Source: Methanocaldococcus indicus (GTDB taxonomy: Archaea; AGJL01; Methanococci; Methanococcales; Methanocaldococcaceae). Taken from it: a stretch of 64,000 bases of DNA. The notes under the pieces were generated by a model. It worked only from the letters and a program-made list of their open reading frames with translations, did no database searches and was not told the DNA's origin. The stretch is taken from assembly GCF_049554935.1 (NCBI RefSeq), contig NZ_CP186926.1, forward strand, positions 1,120,001-1,184,000. Reading direction: 5' to 3'. Below are positions 30,731-41,730 of the stretch, one piece after another (position 1 is the first letter of the stretch; each line of letters starts with the position of its first letter). The position numbers and the translations under genes were made by a program.

Positions 30731-32787
30731 ATATAAAAGAATTTAAAAAATATAAAATTCCAATAATTTATTTTATATTATCTTTAATAATCTTAATTCC
30801 AATTTCTTCAAATAAATATTTTTTTTTATTAGACACATTACCAAAGTTAAACAATCAAATTTTTATTATGCATTTTTATGGTTTTTTTGTCCCATCATAT
30901 GGAGGAACTCTACCCTTTGATATATTATCTAATTTAATTCCAGCAGATGTCTTTCAAAAATTACTATTATTATTTATACTATTTTTCAGTGGATTTTCAG
31001 CTTATTCATTAGCAAAGAAATTAACTAACTCAGAAGTTGGAAGTTTTTATGCAGGTATTTTGTATATGATTAATCCCTACACTTATATAAGAATAATAGT
31101 AGGTCATTGGCTTATTTTATTTGCATACAGCTTATTACCATTGGGAATAAAATACTTTATAGAGTTATTAGAAAATAGAGATAAAAGGTCCATTATAAAA
31201 GCAACATTAATAACTTCATTGATTGCTTTCAATGCACACACACTGTTCATGGCTTTCATGGCTTATGGTATAATATTAATCATAAAATTAGCAAGAGAAA
31301 AATCTATAAAGCTATTAAAACCTGTTGGTTTATTTTCAATATCATTTACAGTATTAAATCTCTACTGGTTAATACCATTACTAACAGCAAAGTCTTCGTC
31401 ATTGGTAAATTATATAACAATTCATGATTTGTATGTATTTGCTCCAAAGATTGATTCTTTCTCAGCATTATTTACATTGGCGAGTATGTATGGATTTTGG
31501 AGACCGGCTTATACTTATGCAAAAGATTACCTCCCATTTTGGGAAATACTTTTTGTTATAATCTTCTTCCTCTCAATTCATGGATTTATAAGCTACTATA
31601 AAAACAAAAAAGTTAATATTTACATAATATCATTTGCTCTTATTTGGCTAACTGGATTATTATTTGCTACAGGTGTAACAGGACCTTTCAAAGATATATT
31701 TCAATTTCTTTTTGACAACATATTTATTCTAAAAGGGATGAGGGATACTCATAAATTTGTTACCTTGATAGCTTTATCCTACTCAATTTTAGGAGCGTTT
31801 GGATTAAAAGAGATAATTGAAAATATAAAATCAGATAAAATAAAAAAAGCCGTAGTAGTTTTCTTTATTTTAGTCCCTCTAATTTATTCATTTACATTCT
31901 TTAACGCCTTTGATAATCAAATTAAACCTACTGACTATCCAAAAGATTGGTATCAAGTAAATACATTCTTAAATAAAGATAAAGATGATTTTAACATCCT
32001 ATTTTTTCCTTGGCACTTATACATGGACATCCATTGGGTTCCAAATAAAGATAAAAGAATAGCAAACCCAGCACAAACATTTTTTGACAAATATGTTATA
32101 TCAGCAAAAAATATTGAAGTTCCTGGAATATATACTGAAGTTTATACTCCATATCAGAACTATATCAATCACATCTTACAAAATAAAGATAGAATAGAGA
32201 ATTTTGGTTCTTTAGTAGCTCCTCTTGGAGTAAAATATATTTTACTTACAAAAGAAGTGGATTATAAAAACTACAACTTCTTATTTAAACAGAAAGATTT
32301 AAAATTAATCTTAGAAACAAAAAATTTCTATGTGTTTAAAAACGAAAGGTATAAAGGAAAGATTTATTCAGTTGAAGGAATTAAATATGTAAAAAATTTT
32401 GATGAATTAATAAACTTAAGTAATAAAGAGGATATATCAAAAGAATTAATTTTAATAGGAAATGGAACTAATAAAGCCTCAGACAAATGGAAGCCATTAA
32501 ATTACAAAGAAATAAATCCTGCAAAATATGTTATTGAAGATAAGCCTTTAAAATACATAATATTCACAAACGAATACTCAAAAGATTGGGTGTTAAATGG
32601 AAAAAAACCTTTAAACGCTTATGGCGTTGTCAATGCCTATGAAATAAAAGAAAATGAAAATAAATATATCATAACTTATGAAAGGTTTTATAAAGTGTGC
32701 TTACCTTCTTATATAATTTCCTTGATATCTCTAATGTTATGTATCGTATGTTTAATTAAAGAGAAACTAAACTTAAAAACCAAATAA
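30727..32787 (+). CDS. Multi-TM GT-C-like membrane glycosyltransferase (AftD/YfhO-like)
   Basis: LYMINPY, about 12 TM segments, extracellular domain with GVKYILL, C-terminal TM. Confidence 0.6.
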   Translation: MNIKEFKKYKIPIIYFILSLIILIPISSNKYFFLLDTLPKLNNQIFIMHFYGFFVPSYGGTLPFDILSNLIPADVFQKLLLLFILFFSGFSAYSLAKKLTNSEVGSFYAGILYMINPYTYIRIIVGHWLILFAYSLLPLGIKYFIELLENRDKRSIIKATLITSLIAFNAHTLFMAFMAYGIILIIKLAREKSIKLLKPVGLFSISFTVLNLYWLIPLLTAKSSSLVNYITIHDLYVFAPKIDSFSALFTLASMYGFWRPAYTYAKDYLPFWEILFVIIFFLSIHGFISYYKNKKVNIYIISFALIWLTGLLFATGVTGPFKDIFQFLFDNIFILKGMRDTHKFVTLIALSYSILGAFGLKEIIENIKSDKIKKAVVVFFILVPLIYSFTFFNAFDNQIKPTDYPKDWYQVNTFLNKDKDDFNILFFPWHLYMDIHWVPNKDKRIANPAQTFFDKYVISAKNIEVPGIYTEVYTPYQNYINHILQNKDRIENFGSLVAPLGVKYILLTKEVDYKNYNFLFKQKDLKLILETKNFYVFKNERYKGKIYSVEGIKYVKNFDELINLSNKEDISKELILIGNGTNKASDKWKPLNYKEINPAKYVIEDKPLKYIIFTNEYSKDWVLNGKKPLNAYGVVNAYEIKENENKYIITYERFYKVCLPSYIISLISLMLCIVCLIKEKLNLKTK

Positions 32788-32791
32788 ACCT

Positions 32792-34166
32792 CTATTTTCT
32801 ATTCCAGTCATCCTCAAATCTTACAATATCATCCTCGCCCAAATACTCTCCAACCTGTATCTCTATAACCTCCAAAGGAATCTTTCCAGGGTTTTCTAAC
32901 CTATGCTTTAAACCGCTCTTCTAACGAAGATGCTTTCTCCACTTCTAACAAATTTTTCTTTTCCCTCAATAGTTACCTTAGCCATACCTTTAACAACAAC
33001 CCAGTGCTCACTCCTATGGTAATGTAATTGATAACTCAGCTTTTTTCCAGGTAGAACAGTTATTTTCTTAACTTTATAAAATCTTCCCTCATCTAAAACC
33101 TCATAACATCCCCACGGTCTATAAACTTTCTTGTGGAATAAAACCCTTTCATTACCTTTTTGTTTTAAATATTTAACTACATCTTTAACTTTCTGACTTT
33201 CTCCCTTATTACAAATTAATAAAGCATCTTTCGTATCAACAACAATTAAATCATCGATTCCAATCAAAGAAACTAACTTCCCTTCATGAGTATATATTAG
33301 GTTATTTCTCGAATTTAAAACAACATTCTCCCCATAAATAATATTTCCATTTTTATCCTTATTAAAAACCTCATATATGGCATCAAAACTACCTAAATCA
33401 CTCCATCTTATATTTAGAGGGATTACAGCAACTCTATCAGATTTCTCCATAATTCCATAATCTATTGAAATATCAGGAACTTTTTTATAAACCTCCTCTA
33501 TATTGCCCTCTTTAAATGCCTTACAAATTTCTGGACAGTATCTCTTAACTTCCTCTTCAAAAATATCAGTCTTAAAGAGAAACATTCCACTATTCCATAA
33601 ATATCCTCTCTCTATATATCTCTTAGCAGTCTCAAAATCAGGTTTTTCTTTAAATTCATCTACCTTATAACCAACATCCAATTTCATTCCAGGTTTTATG
33701 TAACCATAGCCTGTATGAGGTCTATTAGGCTTAATTCCAAAGGTTATTAAATAATTATCTGCCAACTTAACTCCTTCTTTAACAGATTTCACAAATTCAT
33801 CTCCATTCTTAATTAAATGGTCTGAAGGGAAAACAGCTACAACATTATCTCCATCCCTATCCTTTATAACTTTAGCCCATAATATATTGCTGGTAAGGTA
33901 TTTTTTCCAATAGGTTCAACTAAAATATTTTCTTCTTTAAAATTATAACCTAACTCCTTTATCTGACCCAAAACCAAAAACTTATGCTTTTCATTTGTAA
34001 TTATGTATATATCATTTATATCTGATAGTTTTAAAGTCCTTTCAAATGTTAGTTGAAAAAGTGATTTTCTAAATGCTTTGAATTTTATAAATTGTTTCGG
34101 GTAATATTCTCTACTTAGTGGGAATAATCTACTACCTATACCACCAGCCAAAATGATAGATTTCAT
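32792..34166 (-). pseudogene. manC: Mannose-1-phosphate guanylyltransferase/mannose-6-phosphate isomerase, two frameshifts
   Basis: ILAGG.GSRLFPLSR...PKQF, EP.GKNT, PSDH, WNSGMF, RPWG, H..RSEHW, then [27 protein letters not shown] in another frame; breaks near 33870 and 32915. Confidence 0.9.
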
Positions 34167-34242
34167 TTTATCACTTTTTTATTATTTATCTTATAAATTA
34201 AAATATTATTATTCTGATTATTAAATAAAAATTTTCCAAAAA

Positions 34243-34848
34243 TTGGTGACATTTATGGTAGATAAAATTAAAGACATTAGAGATGTAATTTTAAATGTAT
34301 TTATTATTATGTTATTTATATATTTATTTATAATGACATACATCTATTTACAAACTAACATTACCTACAACTTATATATTATAAAGGTAAATATACAAGT
34401 AGTATTGGTGATTTTGGGAATAATGCTTATTTTACTGTATCTTCCAAAAGTGAAAACAGTAACATATGATTTATTTAAGAAATTCCATTCTCAAATAAAA
34501 TCTTTTTCATTAGGTCAAAAGTTTGTTCTTATAGCAATTATTCTTCTAATATACTCTGCAATTTCTTTAATAAAAAATAATGAAAATTATGCGAATGCAA
34601 TTGCTATTTTAAGTTATTACTTTTTGACTCTTGGAGTAATTAATGAATTCATAATTTATGTTTTAGAAGAAAAAATTAATGACAAAATAAATATTATTCA
34701 AACATTTGCATCTCTACTATTTCTTGGATTAGCTGTTCATTATACAAGTGATATTAAATATTATTTTAAATATTTGGATATTGTAATTATTGCAATTGCA
34801 TTAATATACATTATAATAGAATTAAAAAATAAAAAAAAAAGATATTAG
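34243..34848 (+). CDS. Hypothetical membrane protein (about 6 TM)
   Basis: Hydrophobic ORF with AN.IA...YYFL..GV motif. Confidence 0.6.
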   Translation: MVTFMVDKIKDIRDVILNVFIIMLFIYLFIMTYIYLQTNITYNLYIIKVNIQVVLVILGIMLILLYLPKVKTVTYDLFKKFHSQIKSFSLGQKFVLIAIILLIYSAISLIKNNENYANAIAILSYYFLTLGVINEFIIYVLEEKINDKINIIQTFASLLFLGLAVHYTSDIKYYFKYLDIVIIAIALIYIIIELKNKKKRY

Positions 34849-34856
34849 TTAATTGT

Positions 34857-36296
34857 TCATTTTTTCTTACCTATAAATAAGTATGCTCCCACTCCAATAA
34901 TTACCAATACAGCTATTACCATTATGATTGCTGTCCATGGAGATCCTTTTGTTTCTTCTGTTACTGATTGTGTTGTTACTTCTTTTGTTGTTGTAGTTTT
35001 TTCCTCGATTGTGGTTGGCTTTGAGGATTTATTTCCTTCTTTGATTGTTGTTGTTTTTGTTGTAGTTTCTTCTTCAGTTGTAGTAGGTTTCTCTTCTTCT
35101 GCTTTAATTGCTACAGCAAAAATACTAAATCCTGGAGTGTATGCTTTATAATATATATTTTCTGCATCTTCAATTCCTAATTTTTGGGTTTCTAAAGTTT
35201 CCCATCCATTGTGGTATCTTAACATTACTACATCATCTGGGTTATATCCTTTTTCTTTAAGCCATTTCTTTGATACCATAAACTTAATCCAACCTTTTGG
35301 TTCAATTTCTTTTCCTGTAGCTTCATCTATAACCTTTATTTCAATGATGTTGTATATGTCCTTAGCAATTGCTGGCTTTTCTATTGTTGATGGTAGTGAT
35401 GCTAATTTTGCAATCATTACTTTTGCTTGGACTTGTTGTTGATACTCAAGTGTTAATCCAAGTATTCCTAATTCTTTTGCTTTTTCAAATGGTATTGATA
35501 TTTCTATTGGTTTTCCTGGTTCAAATTGAGTTTTTATTTCTACTTTTGCAACAACTCCTGGAGTTTCAGTTTCTTCGGAGGATATTGCTATGCCGCCTCC
35601 ACCACCAGATGTATAATGTCCAGATGTATAATGTGTTGTTGTAGTTGTTTCTTTTACTTCAATACTTTGTTCTTTTGTAAATAAAACTGTTTCACCATCA
35701 GATTTTTTAACTACAACTTCTAATTTTATTTTGTAAGTTCCAGCAGATTTTGGTTTCCATTTTATATCATAAACAATAAATGCAGAATTTAAACTATTTA
35801 TGACATTGTATCCGTAACCATAGCCAGTTATGTAGCCATAATTATATCCGTAACCATATCCTGTTTGGTAAGTAATATACCCATATCTTGATTCATTTAT
35901 ATAATCATATCCATAACCATATCCTGAAACAGCATTAGTTTCTGAATCTACTTTTATTTCAATAATCTCACTTGAAGTGTTGTATAGCTCTATATTTTGA
36001 ACAACAATTGCATTTGGAGTTAAATTAATCGGAATATTTACTTTATCAACTTTTCCATCTTTTGATATTGTTAATGTTATATTTTGGATATCTGACCATT
36101 CTTGACTTTGGATTTCTATTTTTGCTTTGAAACTAACCTCTTCATTTACATTACAACTTGAAGGTAGATTTTCAAAACTTACCTGTATTCCCGCCATGGG
36201 TTGTATCAATATTAGCATAGCTACAATACTTAGCGTTATTATTATACTTGATAATGTCTTCTTGTCTTTATTTATAGGAGTCATAATCTCCCCCAA
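34857..36296 (-). CDS. Cell-surface glycoprotein with Gly-Tyr repeats, PGF-pre-PGF domain, Thr-rich linker and C-terminal TM anchor
   Basis: Signal peptide, GYGY repeats, SGGGGG linker, V...W...W..L.T...Y.A.TPGFSIFAV, TTTEE tract, TM + KKK; start may be 36284. Confidence 0.85.
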   Translation of the reverse strand: MGEIMTPINKDKKTLSSIIITLSIVAMLILIQPMAGIQVSFENLPSSCNVNEEVSFKAKIEIQSQEWSDIQNITLTISKDGKVDKVNIPINLTPNAIVVQNIELYNTSSEIIEIKVDSETNAVSGYGYGYDYINESRYGYITYQTGYGYGYNYGYITGYGYGYNVINSLNSAFIVYDIKWKPKSAGTYKIKLEVVVKKSDGETVLFTKEQSIEVKETTTTTHYTSGHYTSGGGGGIAISSEETETPGVVAKVEIKTQFEPGKPIEISIPFEKAKELGILGLTLEYQQQVQAKVMIAKLASLPSTIEKPAIAKDIYNIIEIKVIDEATGKEIEPKGWIKFMVSKKWLKEKGYNPDDVVMLRYHNGWETLETQKLGIEDAENIYYKAYTPGFSIFAVAIKAEEEKPTTTEEETTTKTTTIKEGNKSSKPTTIEEKTTTTKEVTTQSVTEETKGSPWTAIIMVIAVLVIIGVGAYLFIGKKK

Positions 36297-36463
36297 AATA
36301 TAGAATCATAAGTCTTAGAAAGAAATAAGAATATATAAAATCTTAATTAACTTTATAAATATATAAAATTTATGGTATTGAAAATTTATGGGTAATATTG
36401 GGTTTATACTAGTTATAGTAATTAATATTATATATAAATGTTTGTGATATTTCTATATTTGAA

Positions 36464-37204
36464 ATGGTGAGGCTGATGGGATTATCTATAATTATGCCTT
36501 GTTATAGAGGAGAAAGATTTATTGAACATTCCATTAGAGAAGTTGAAAGAATAGTTAGTAAATTTTGTAAAGATTTTGAAATTATTGTTGTAGTTGATGG
36601 TTTTGTAGATAAAACTTATGAGATTGCTAAAAAGTTAGAAGAAGAATTTAATAATTTAAAGGTTGTAGGATATGAGAAAAATAGAGGTAAGGGTTATGCA
36701 TTAAAGTATGGGTTAAAATTTTGCAATGGGAAGTATGTGGCATTGTTGGATAGTGATTTAGAGTGTCGTCCTGAAACATTAAAGTGGTTTATTGAAAAAA
36801 TTAAAAACAATAATATTGATATAATTATTGGAAATAGAAAAAATAGAAAAAGTATTGTTAAATATCCAAAATTAAGGAAGTTCCTAAGCTATGGGTTTGT
36901 ATTTTATGTAAATTTGATGTTTCCAGAGCTTAAAGTTAAAGATACTCAAACTGGAATTAAGATGTTTAAAAAAGAAATTTTAGAAGATTTATTTAAAGAG
37001 TTTGAAAGGTTGAATTTATCTTATAGATATTCCTTTGATGTTTCTTTATTGGTTTTGGCAAGAAGAAAAGGATATACAATAAAAGATAGCCCATGTATTG
37101 TTGTTAAAGAGGATAATGGAAATAATCTAAATGGATTAAAATTAATTAATATAATTTATAGTATGGGAAAAGATATTATTAAGTTAAAAATGAGGTTGAA
37201 ATAA
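36464..37204 (+). CDS. GT2 glycosyltransferase (Dol-P-sugar synthase-like)
   Basis: SIIMPCY, VVDG..D.T, NRGKG.A, LDSD, DTQTG.K. Confidence 0.88.
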   Translation: MVRLMGLSIIMPCYRGERFIEHSIREVERIVSKFCKDFEIIVVVDGFVDKTYEIAKKLEEEFNNLKVVGYEKNRGKGYALKYGLKFCNGKYVALLDSDLECRPETLKWFIEKIKNNNIDIIIGNRKNRKSIVKYPKLRKFLSYGFVFYVNLMFPELKVKDTQTGIKMFKKEILEDLFKEFERLNLSYRYSFDVSLLVLARRKGYTIKDSPCIVVKEDNGNNLNGLKLINIIYSMGKDIIKLKMRLK

Positions 37205-37267
37205 ATTAAATTAAAAATCTATTTTAAATTTAATAGATTATTTAGTTTTTGTTTTAAATTTGATTAC

Positions 37268-40192
37268 CTATTTTTCTCTTTTCCAGTTATAAAGTAAGTA
37301 GGTTATACAGCATAATAGTGTTGCTCCACTTATGAATAATCCAAAGTAGAATAAACTCTGTGGTAAGAAATATATGATTATTGTAAATCTACCATCCTTA
37401 TTTTTATCAAATTCTTTTGGGTTAATATACCATGCGTTTGCAAAACCGTTTGCTATGAAGTGGAAAGTTTCATTTACAGCTGGTTTTTTAAATAAGTAGA
37501 TTATATCCCCCGGAGTAAATCTATACCAGTCATGCTTAGCCTCTTTCACATGAACTTTTGGATATTCTGCCATTATTTGGTTAAAGTTAGTTGATTTATC
37601 TTCTATGTAGATTTTCCACTGTGGATGATATGATTCAGAGAACACCAGGAAGAATGGTTGTGTAGCGTTTTCTACTGATACAATGTATTTTGTTGGGTTG
37701 ATTTTTTTGAAGGTTATTGTTGGAGTTGAAGATTTAATTTCATTTAGTTTAGTTAAGTTAGTTAAATCTAATGTGTGCAAGGTTATATTATTATCTTTGA
37801 TTATATGATTAATTTGTATTATTGCTCTTTGATTTGGGGGGATTACAATTGGAAAGTTTATGGGTTTTGTCCCCATACCCATCCAGTCAGTTTCCCACCA
37901 TACTCCTATAATATCATCTATTTGTTTTCCATTTTCATCTATTTTAGTAATTATTAATGGTTTAGAACCAGTTTTAATGTAGATTAGTGTTGAATTATAG
38001 GCACTCCAGCCAGTTGAACTATACGGTGGGAATTTGTATGGACATGTTTTTAGGGATGAGAAAGTCAGAGTATCATTTAGTTCTTTTCCATCTGTTCTTA
38101 TAACTGATTTCCATCCTATATAGTATCTTGCATCTATAGAATTGTTTGATAAATTATTCCAGCTGAATGGATTTTTATTTCCATTGGTTGGTTTTATAGA
38201 TATTGTGTGTTTAGTTATGATTATTGAATTATTGTAATTTTTAAGGAATTGCCACTGTTCTTTATTTGTTTGGTTAGAAAGGATTATTATGTTGTTTTCA
38301 ATTTCATAGTCATCCAAGCTTAGTATTATGAACATGTCATTAAGGCTACTATTTAAGAACACTATATTTCTAACAGAATATATTTTAGGTAAGCTATATT
38401 TCAATGAATATATCTTAACATATCTATTATGCGAAGTGCTATTATTAATGATATAGAGTTTATTATCAAGTTGTTTATTTATTAATTCTAAATTATATAG
38501 ATTTTTATTTGGAGTGTGCCATGGTAAAACATCCATTCTTAATACTATATATTTTATATTTAACATATATAAAATTTTTTTAACTTTTGAGATATTAGTT
38601 GAAGTGTATATATTTTTTTCGAGAATTCTAATAAAATCTCTGTTAAATATACAAAGATCTGAATATAATGTGGGTTTTGGAGAATATAATATTATTGGAT
38701 CTCCTCCCTGACCTTCAGTCTGATAAAAAGTTTTAAGGTAGTAAGGTGAAGCAACCATTGGTAAATACATAACTCGTATGTCTTTTTTATCGTTTTTTAA
38801 CAATAGTTGAATTTTTTTATATTCTTCAGGAGTTTCAAAAACATTTACCTTCGCCCATAGCTTATGGTAGTTATCTGAAAGATAGTTATAAGAAAAATCT
38901 CCAGATAAGTATGTAGGAATATTAAGTAATAGAAATATCAAAATGGCTATTATTAACATTAATTTTTTTGTTTTTATATTATTTAGCTTTTTTAAAGTTA
39001 GAAAAATTGAAAGCCCTACACAAATCGATAGTCCTAAAGTAGCAATAAAAATTAAATGTTGAGGGGATCTAAACAAAAACATATAGGATATTACATTACT
39101 TAAAACATTTTTAAGAGGACCCTTTAATCCTGATGATAAACCAACACCAATTAGGAATACGAAATACCAAAAGAGATATTCCCCATATATTCCAAACTTT
39201 GTAGTTTTATTATCTTTAAACATTATACCTAATAAACATAATATAACAGGGGCTATCAAAATGAAATACCCTACAGATCCAAAAAAATCAAGTACTACGT
39301 GCGTATAAAAATGTCTATCAAAATACCCCGAAGTCGTAAATGCAAGAAAAGTATCTGGAACATTATGTGCAAATGACATATATACTTGCATTTTTGGTTG
39401 TGAAATTGCGTATTCTATTTGAGTAGATGTTAAAAAATTAATAAAATAAAATAACCACCACGCATTCAGTAGTAAAATCATGAGAAAAACAAATAACAAA
39501 AAAATTTTATTAATTTTTATTTTTTTTATATTTAGTGTTATATATATCATTATAATAAATATAAAAATAAATAATTTTTGTAGAGACATTGTTATAGCTG
39601 AAAATAGCAAAACAAATATTATTAAGTCCCTAATGGGTTTTTTACTTGTTATAATAATACGTCTGAAGTAAAGGAGTATCAATGGAAAAATCGAATATGA
39701 TATTAATTGGGTGTATGCTCCCCCAATAATTTCATTAAATAAATAGGGTGAAAATCCGTAAAACAACCCTCCAAAAAACGAAGCAATATATATTATATTA
39801 GAATCTAATTTTTGCTCTGAGTAAGATACAATAATATTGTATATTAAATAAAACATAGAAATAGATGAGATGCTTAAAATAAGAGATATAAAAAGCTTGG
39901 ATGTTAAACCTCCCCCAAATATCTCACATAAAATTCCTTGAATGATCCAATATGGGATGTTAGTTATAAAATACCCAATTTCAAAACCAAAACAATTTTC
40001 ATCATATACAAAAAAAGATTTTTTTATTAAAGTATTTGCACTAATTGATGTTGATGGAAATGACCAATCCCAGTTATGTCCAACTGTGCCATTATTTACC
40101 AAAAAATTATGTATGCTAAAAAAACTAAGAAAAATGTAAAATAAAAATACAAATGCTAATTTTTTGTTAATTGATTTGACTGTTTTAATCAT
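37268..40192 (-). CDS. Large multi-TM GT-C-like membrane protein, paralog of 30727-32787
   Basis: HNWDW loop, FYGFSPY, LNIKYIVL, INPTKY, FSESYHPQW, ANGFANAW. Confidence 0.6.
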   Translation of the reverse strand: MIKTVKSINKKLAFVFLFYIFLSFFSIHNFLVNNGTVGHNWDWSFPSTSISANTLIKKSFFVYDENCFGFEIGYFITNIPYWIIQGILCEIFGGGLTSKLFISLILSISSISMFYLIYNIIVSYSEQKLDSNIIYIASFFGGLFYGFSPYLFNEIIGGAYTQLISYSIFPLILLYFRRIIITSKKPIRDLIIFVLLFSAITMSLQKLFIFIFIIMIYITLNIKKIKINKIFLLFVFLMILLLNAWWLFYFINFLTSTQIEYAISQPKMQVYMSFAHNVPDTFLAFTTSGYFDRHFYTHVVLDFFGSVGYFILIAPVILCLLGIMFKDNKTTKFGIYGEYLFWYFVFLIGVGLSSGLKGPLKNVLSNVISYMFLFRSPQHLIFIATLGLSICVGLSIFLTLKKLNNIKTKKLMLIIAILIFLLLNIPTYLSGDFSYNYLSDNYHKLWAKVNVFETPEEYKKIQLLLKNDKKDIRVMYLPMVASPYYLKTFYQTEGQGGDPIILYSPKPTLYSDLCIFNRDFIRILEKNIYTSTNISKVKKILYMLNIKYIVLRMDVLPWHTPNKNLYNLELINKQLDNKLYIINNSTSHNRYVKIYSLKYSLPKIYSVRNIVFLNSSLNDMFIILSLDDYEIENNIIILSNQTNKEQWQFLKNYNNSIIITKHTISIKPTNGNKNPFSWNNLSNNSIDARYYIGWKSVIRTDGKELNDTLTFSSLKTCPYKFPPYSSTGWSAYNSTLIYIKTGSKPLIITKIDENGKQIDDIIGVWWETDWMGMGTKPINFPIVIPPNQRAIIQINHIIKDNNITLHTLDLTNLTKLNEIKSSTPTITFKKINPTKYIVSVENATQPFFLVFSESYHPQWKIYIEDKSTNFNQIMAEYPKVHVKEAKHDWYRFTPGDIIYLFKKPAVNETFHFIANGFANAWYINPKEFDKNKDGRFTIIIYFLPQSLFYFGLFISGATLLCCITYLLYNWKREK

Positions 40193-41094
40193 TCCACCAT
40201 CCCCTCCAACACACCCTTTAAGTATGCACCGATAAACTCAGTTTTTCCAAGTTTTAATAACACATACAAATAATACATTGTTATAACTAAATTAAAAGTT
40301 AGTAAAAATATTATATAGTGTGTTTTTGGTGCATTTCTTTTCATAAATATAACCCTATTTCTTGCCAATAAATATACCCTATCCCATCTATGCAATCCTA
40401 AATTTCTTGAGTTGTCCGTTTCTATAGGGATGTTATGGTATGCTATTGCAGAAGGAACTGCTAAAACTTTATACCCTAATTTTTTTATTCTAATAGCTAA
40501 TTCGCTTTCTTCATACATAATTTTATATTTTTCATAAAAACCTCCAAGTTTATCAAAGCATTCTTTTCTCACCATGAAAGTATGGGGCATGTGGTCTATT
40601 TCATAAGGTTGTTTTGGAAGATTTACTTCACTTAGCTTTTTATTTCTATGCAAATATTTTGTTAAACTTGTAAATAAATCGTTATATCCCCCTGCACACC
40701 AGATTATATCGCTATTCCAATACAATATTACTGGTGCTACTAAGCCCACTTTTTCATCACTTTCCAATACTTCAACAAGCTTGTTTATAGTATCTTTATC
40801 AACAGCTCCATCATCATCTATAAAGAACAAATACTTCCCTTTAGCGTATTTTGCTCCTATGTTTCTGCCTTTGGCTGGAAAGTAATTTTTATCATTCTTT
40901 ACATAGAAAATATAAGGAAATTTTTCACAGTATTTCTTAATAATATCGGGAGTATTATCAGTAGATGCATTATCTACAACAATTATTTCTTTTTTTGGAT
41001 AGTTATCAGATACTAATGATTCTAATAAAATCTTAAGTTTATCAAGTCGATTATGTGTTACTATGATAATAGAAACTAATGGTAATTTGTTCAT
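40189..41094 (-). CDS. GT2 glycosyltransferase
   Basis: VSIIIVTHN, VVDNASTD, FIDDD, EESEL..R. Confidence 0.9.
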   Translation of the reverse strand: MNKLPLVSIIIVTHNRLDKLKILLESLVSDNYPKKEIIVVDNASTDNTPDIIKKYCEKFPYIFYVKNDKNYFPAKGRNIGAKYAKGKYLFFIDDDGAVDKDTINKLVEVLESDEKVGLVAPVILYWNSDIIWCAGGYNDLFTSLTKYLHRNKKLSEVNLPKQPYEIDHMPHTFMVRKECFDKLGGFYEKYKIMYEESELAIRIKKLGYKVLAVPSAIAYHNIPIETDNSRNLGLHRWDRVYLLARNRVIFMKRNAPKTHYIIFLLTFNLVITMYYLYVLLKLGKTEFIGAYLKGVLEGMVE

Positions 41095-41114
41095 TTTTTA
41101 CACCACATTATGAT

Positions 41115-41726
41115 TTATTTTTTAGCAATAATAAATATGGTGTATCCACTATCTTTTTTCCTTAAATTATACTCAATATCTATTTTCTTTAGTAATAGCT
41201 TTGGAGCATAAGGTAAATTCACTTTAAAAATTTTAGTAATTGGATATGTTATAAAACTATACCATAAAATACCCAATAACTCCCAAAAACCGCCTGCAGT
41301 AAAAACATCTTCTACTTTAAATCCAACATTTTCAACCATTTTAATAAGGGTCTTTACTTTATAATGCCTATGTCCTAAAATATACTTTGCAGGGTCTAAA
41401 TACGTATAAATAGGTCTATCATTTGGAGTTGTTAAGATTAAAATACCGTTTGGCTTTAGAACTCTATAGATTTCTGATAATGCCTTCAACTCACTATTTT
41501 TTGGTAGATGTTCAATTACATCTGTAAAATAAACAAGATCAAAAGTATTATCTTCAAATGGTAAGTTCAAGACATCTGCAACTATATCGGGATTTACATT
41601 AGGATCAATATCTACATTTATACTTCCAAATCGGGTTTCTTTACAACCAATATTTAATGAAAATCCATTAATATTTGAAGTTAGTTCTTTAATAACTCTC
41701 AACCTACCAAAAATTTCATTATTCAT
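41115..41726 (-). CDS. Class I SAM-dependent methyltransferase (Methyltransf_11)
   Basis: LNIGC, D...LPF.DNTFD, VIEH, RVLKP.G.L..TTPN. Confidence 0.88.
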   Translation of the reverse strand: MNNEIFGRLRVIKELTSNINGFSLNIGCKETRFGSINVDIDPNVNPDIVADVLNLPFEDNTFDLVYFTDVIEHLPKNSELKALSEIYRVLKPNGILILTTPNDRPIYTYLDPAKYILGHRHYKVKTLIKMVENVGFKVEDVFTAGGFWELLGILWYSFITYPITKIFKVNLPYAPKLLLKKIDIEYNLRKKDSGYTIFIIAKK

Positions 41727-41730
41727 TTTA

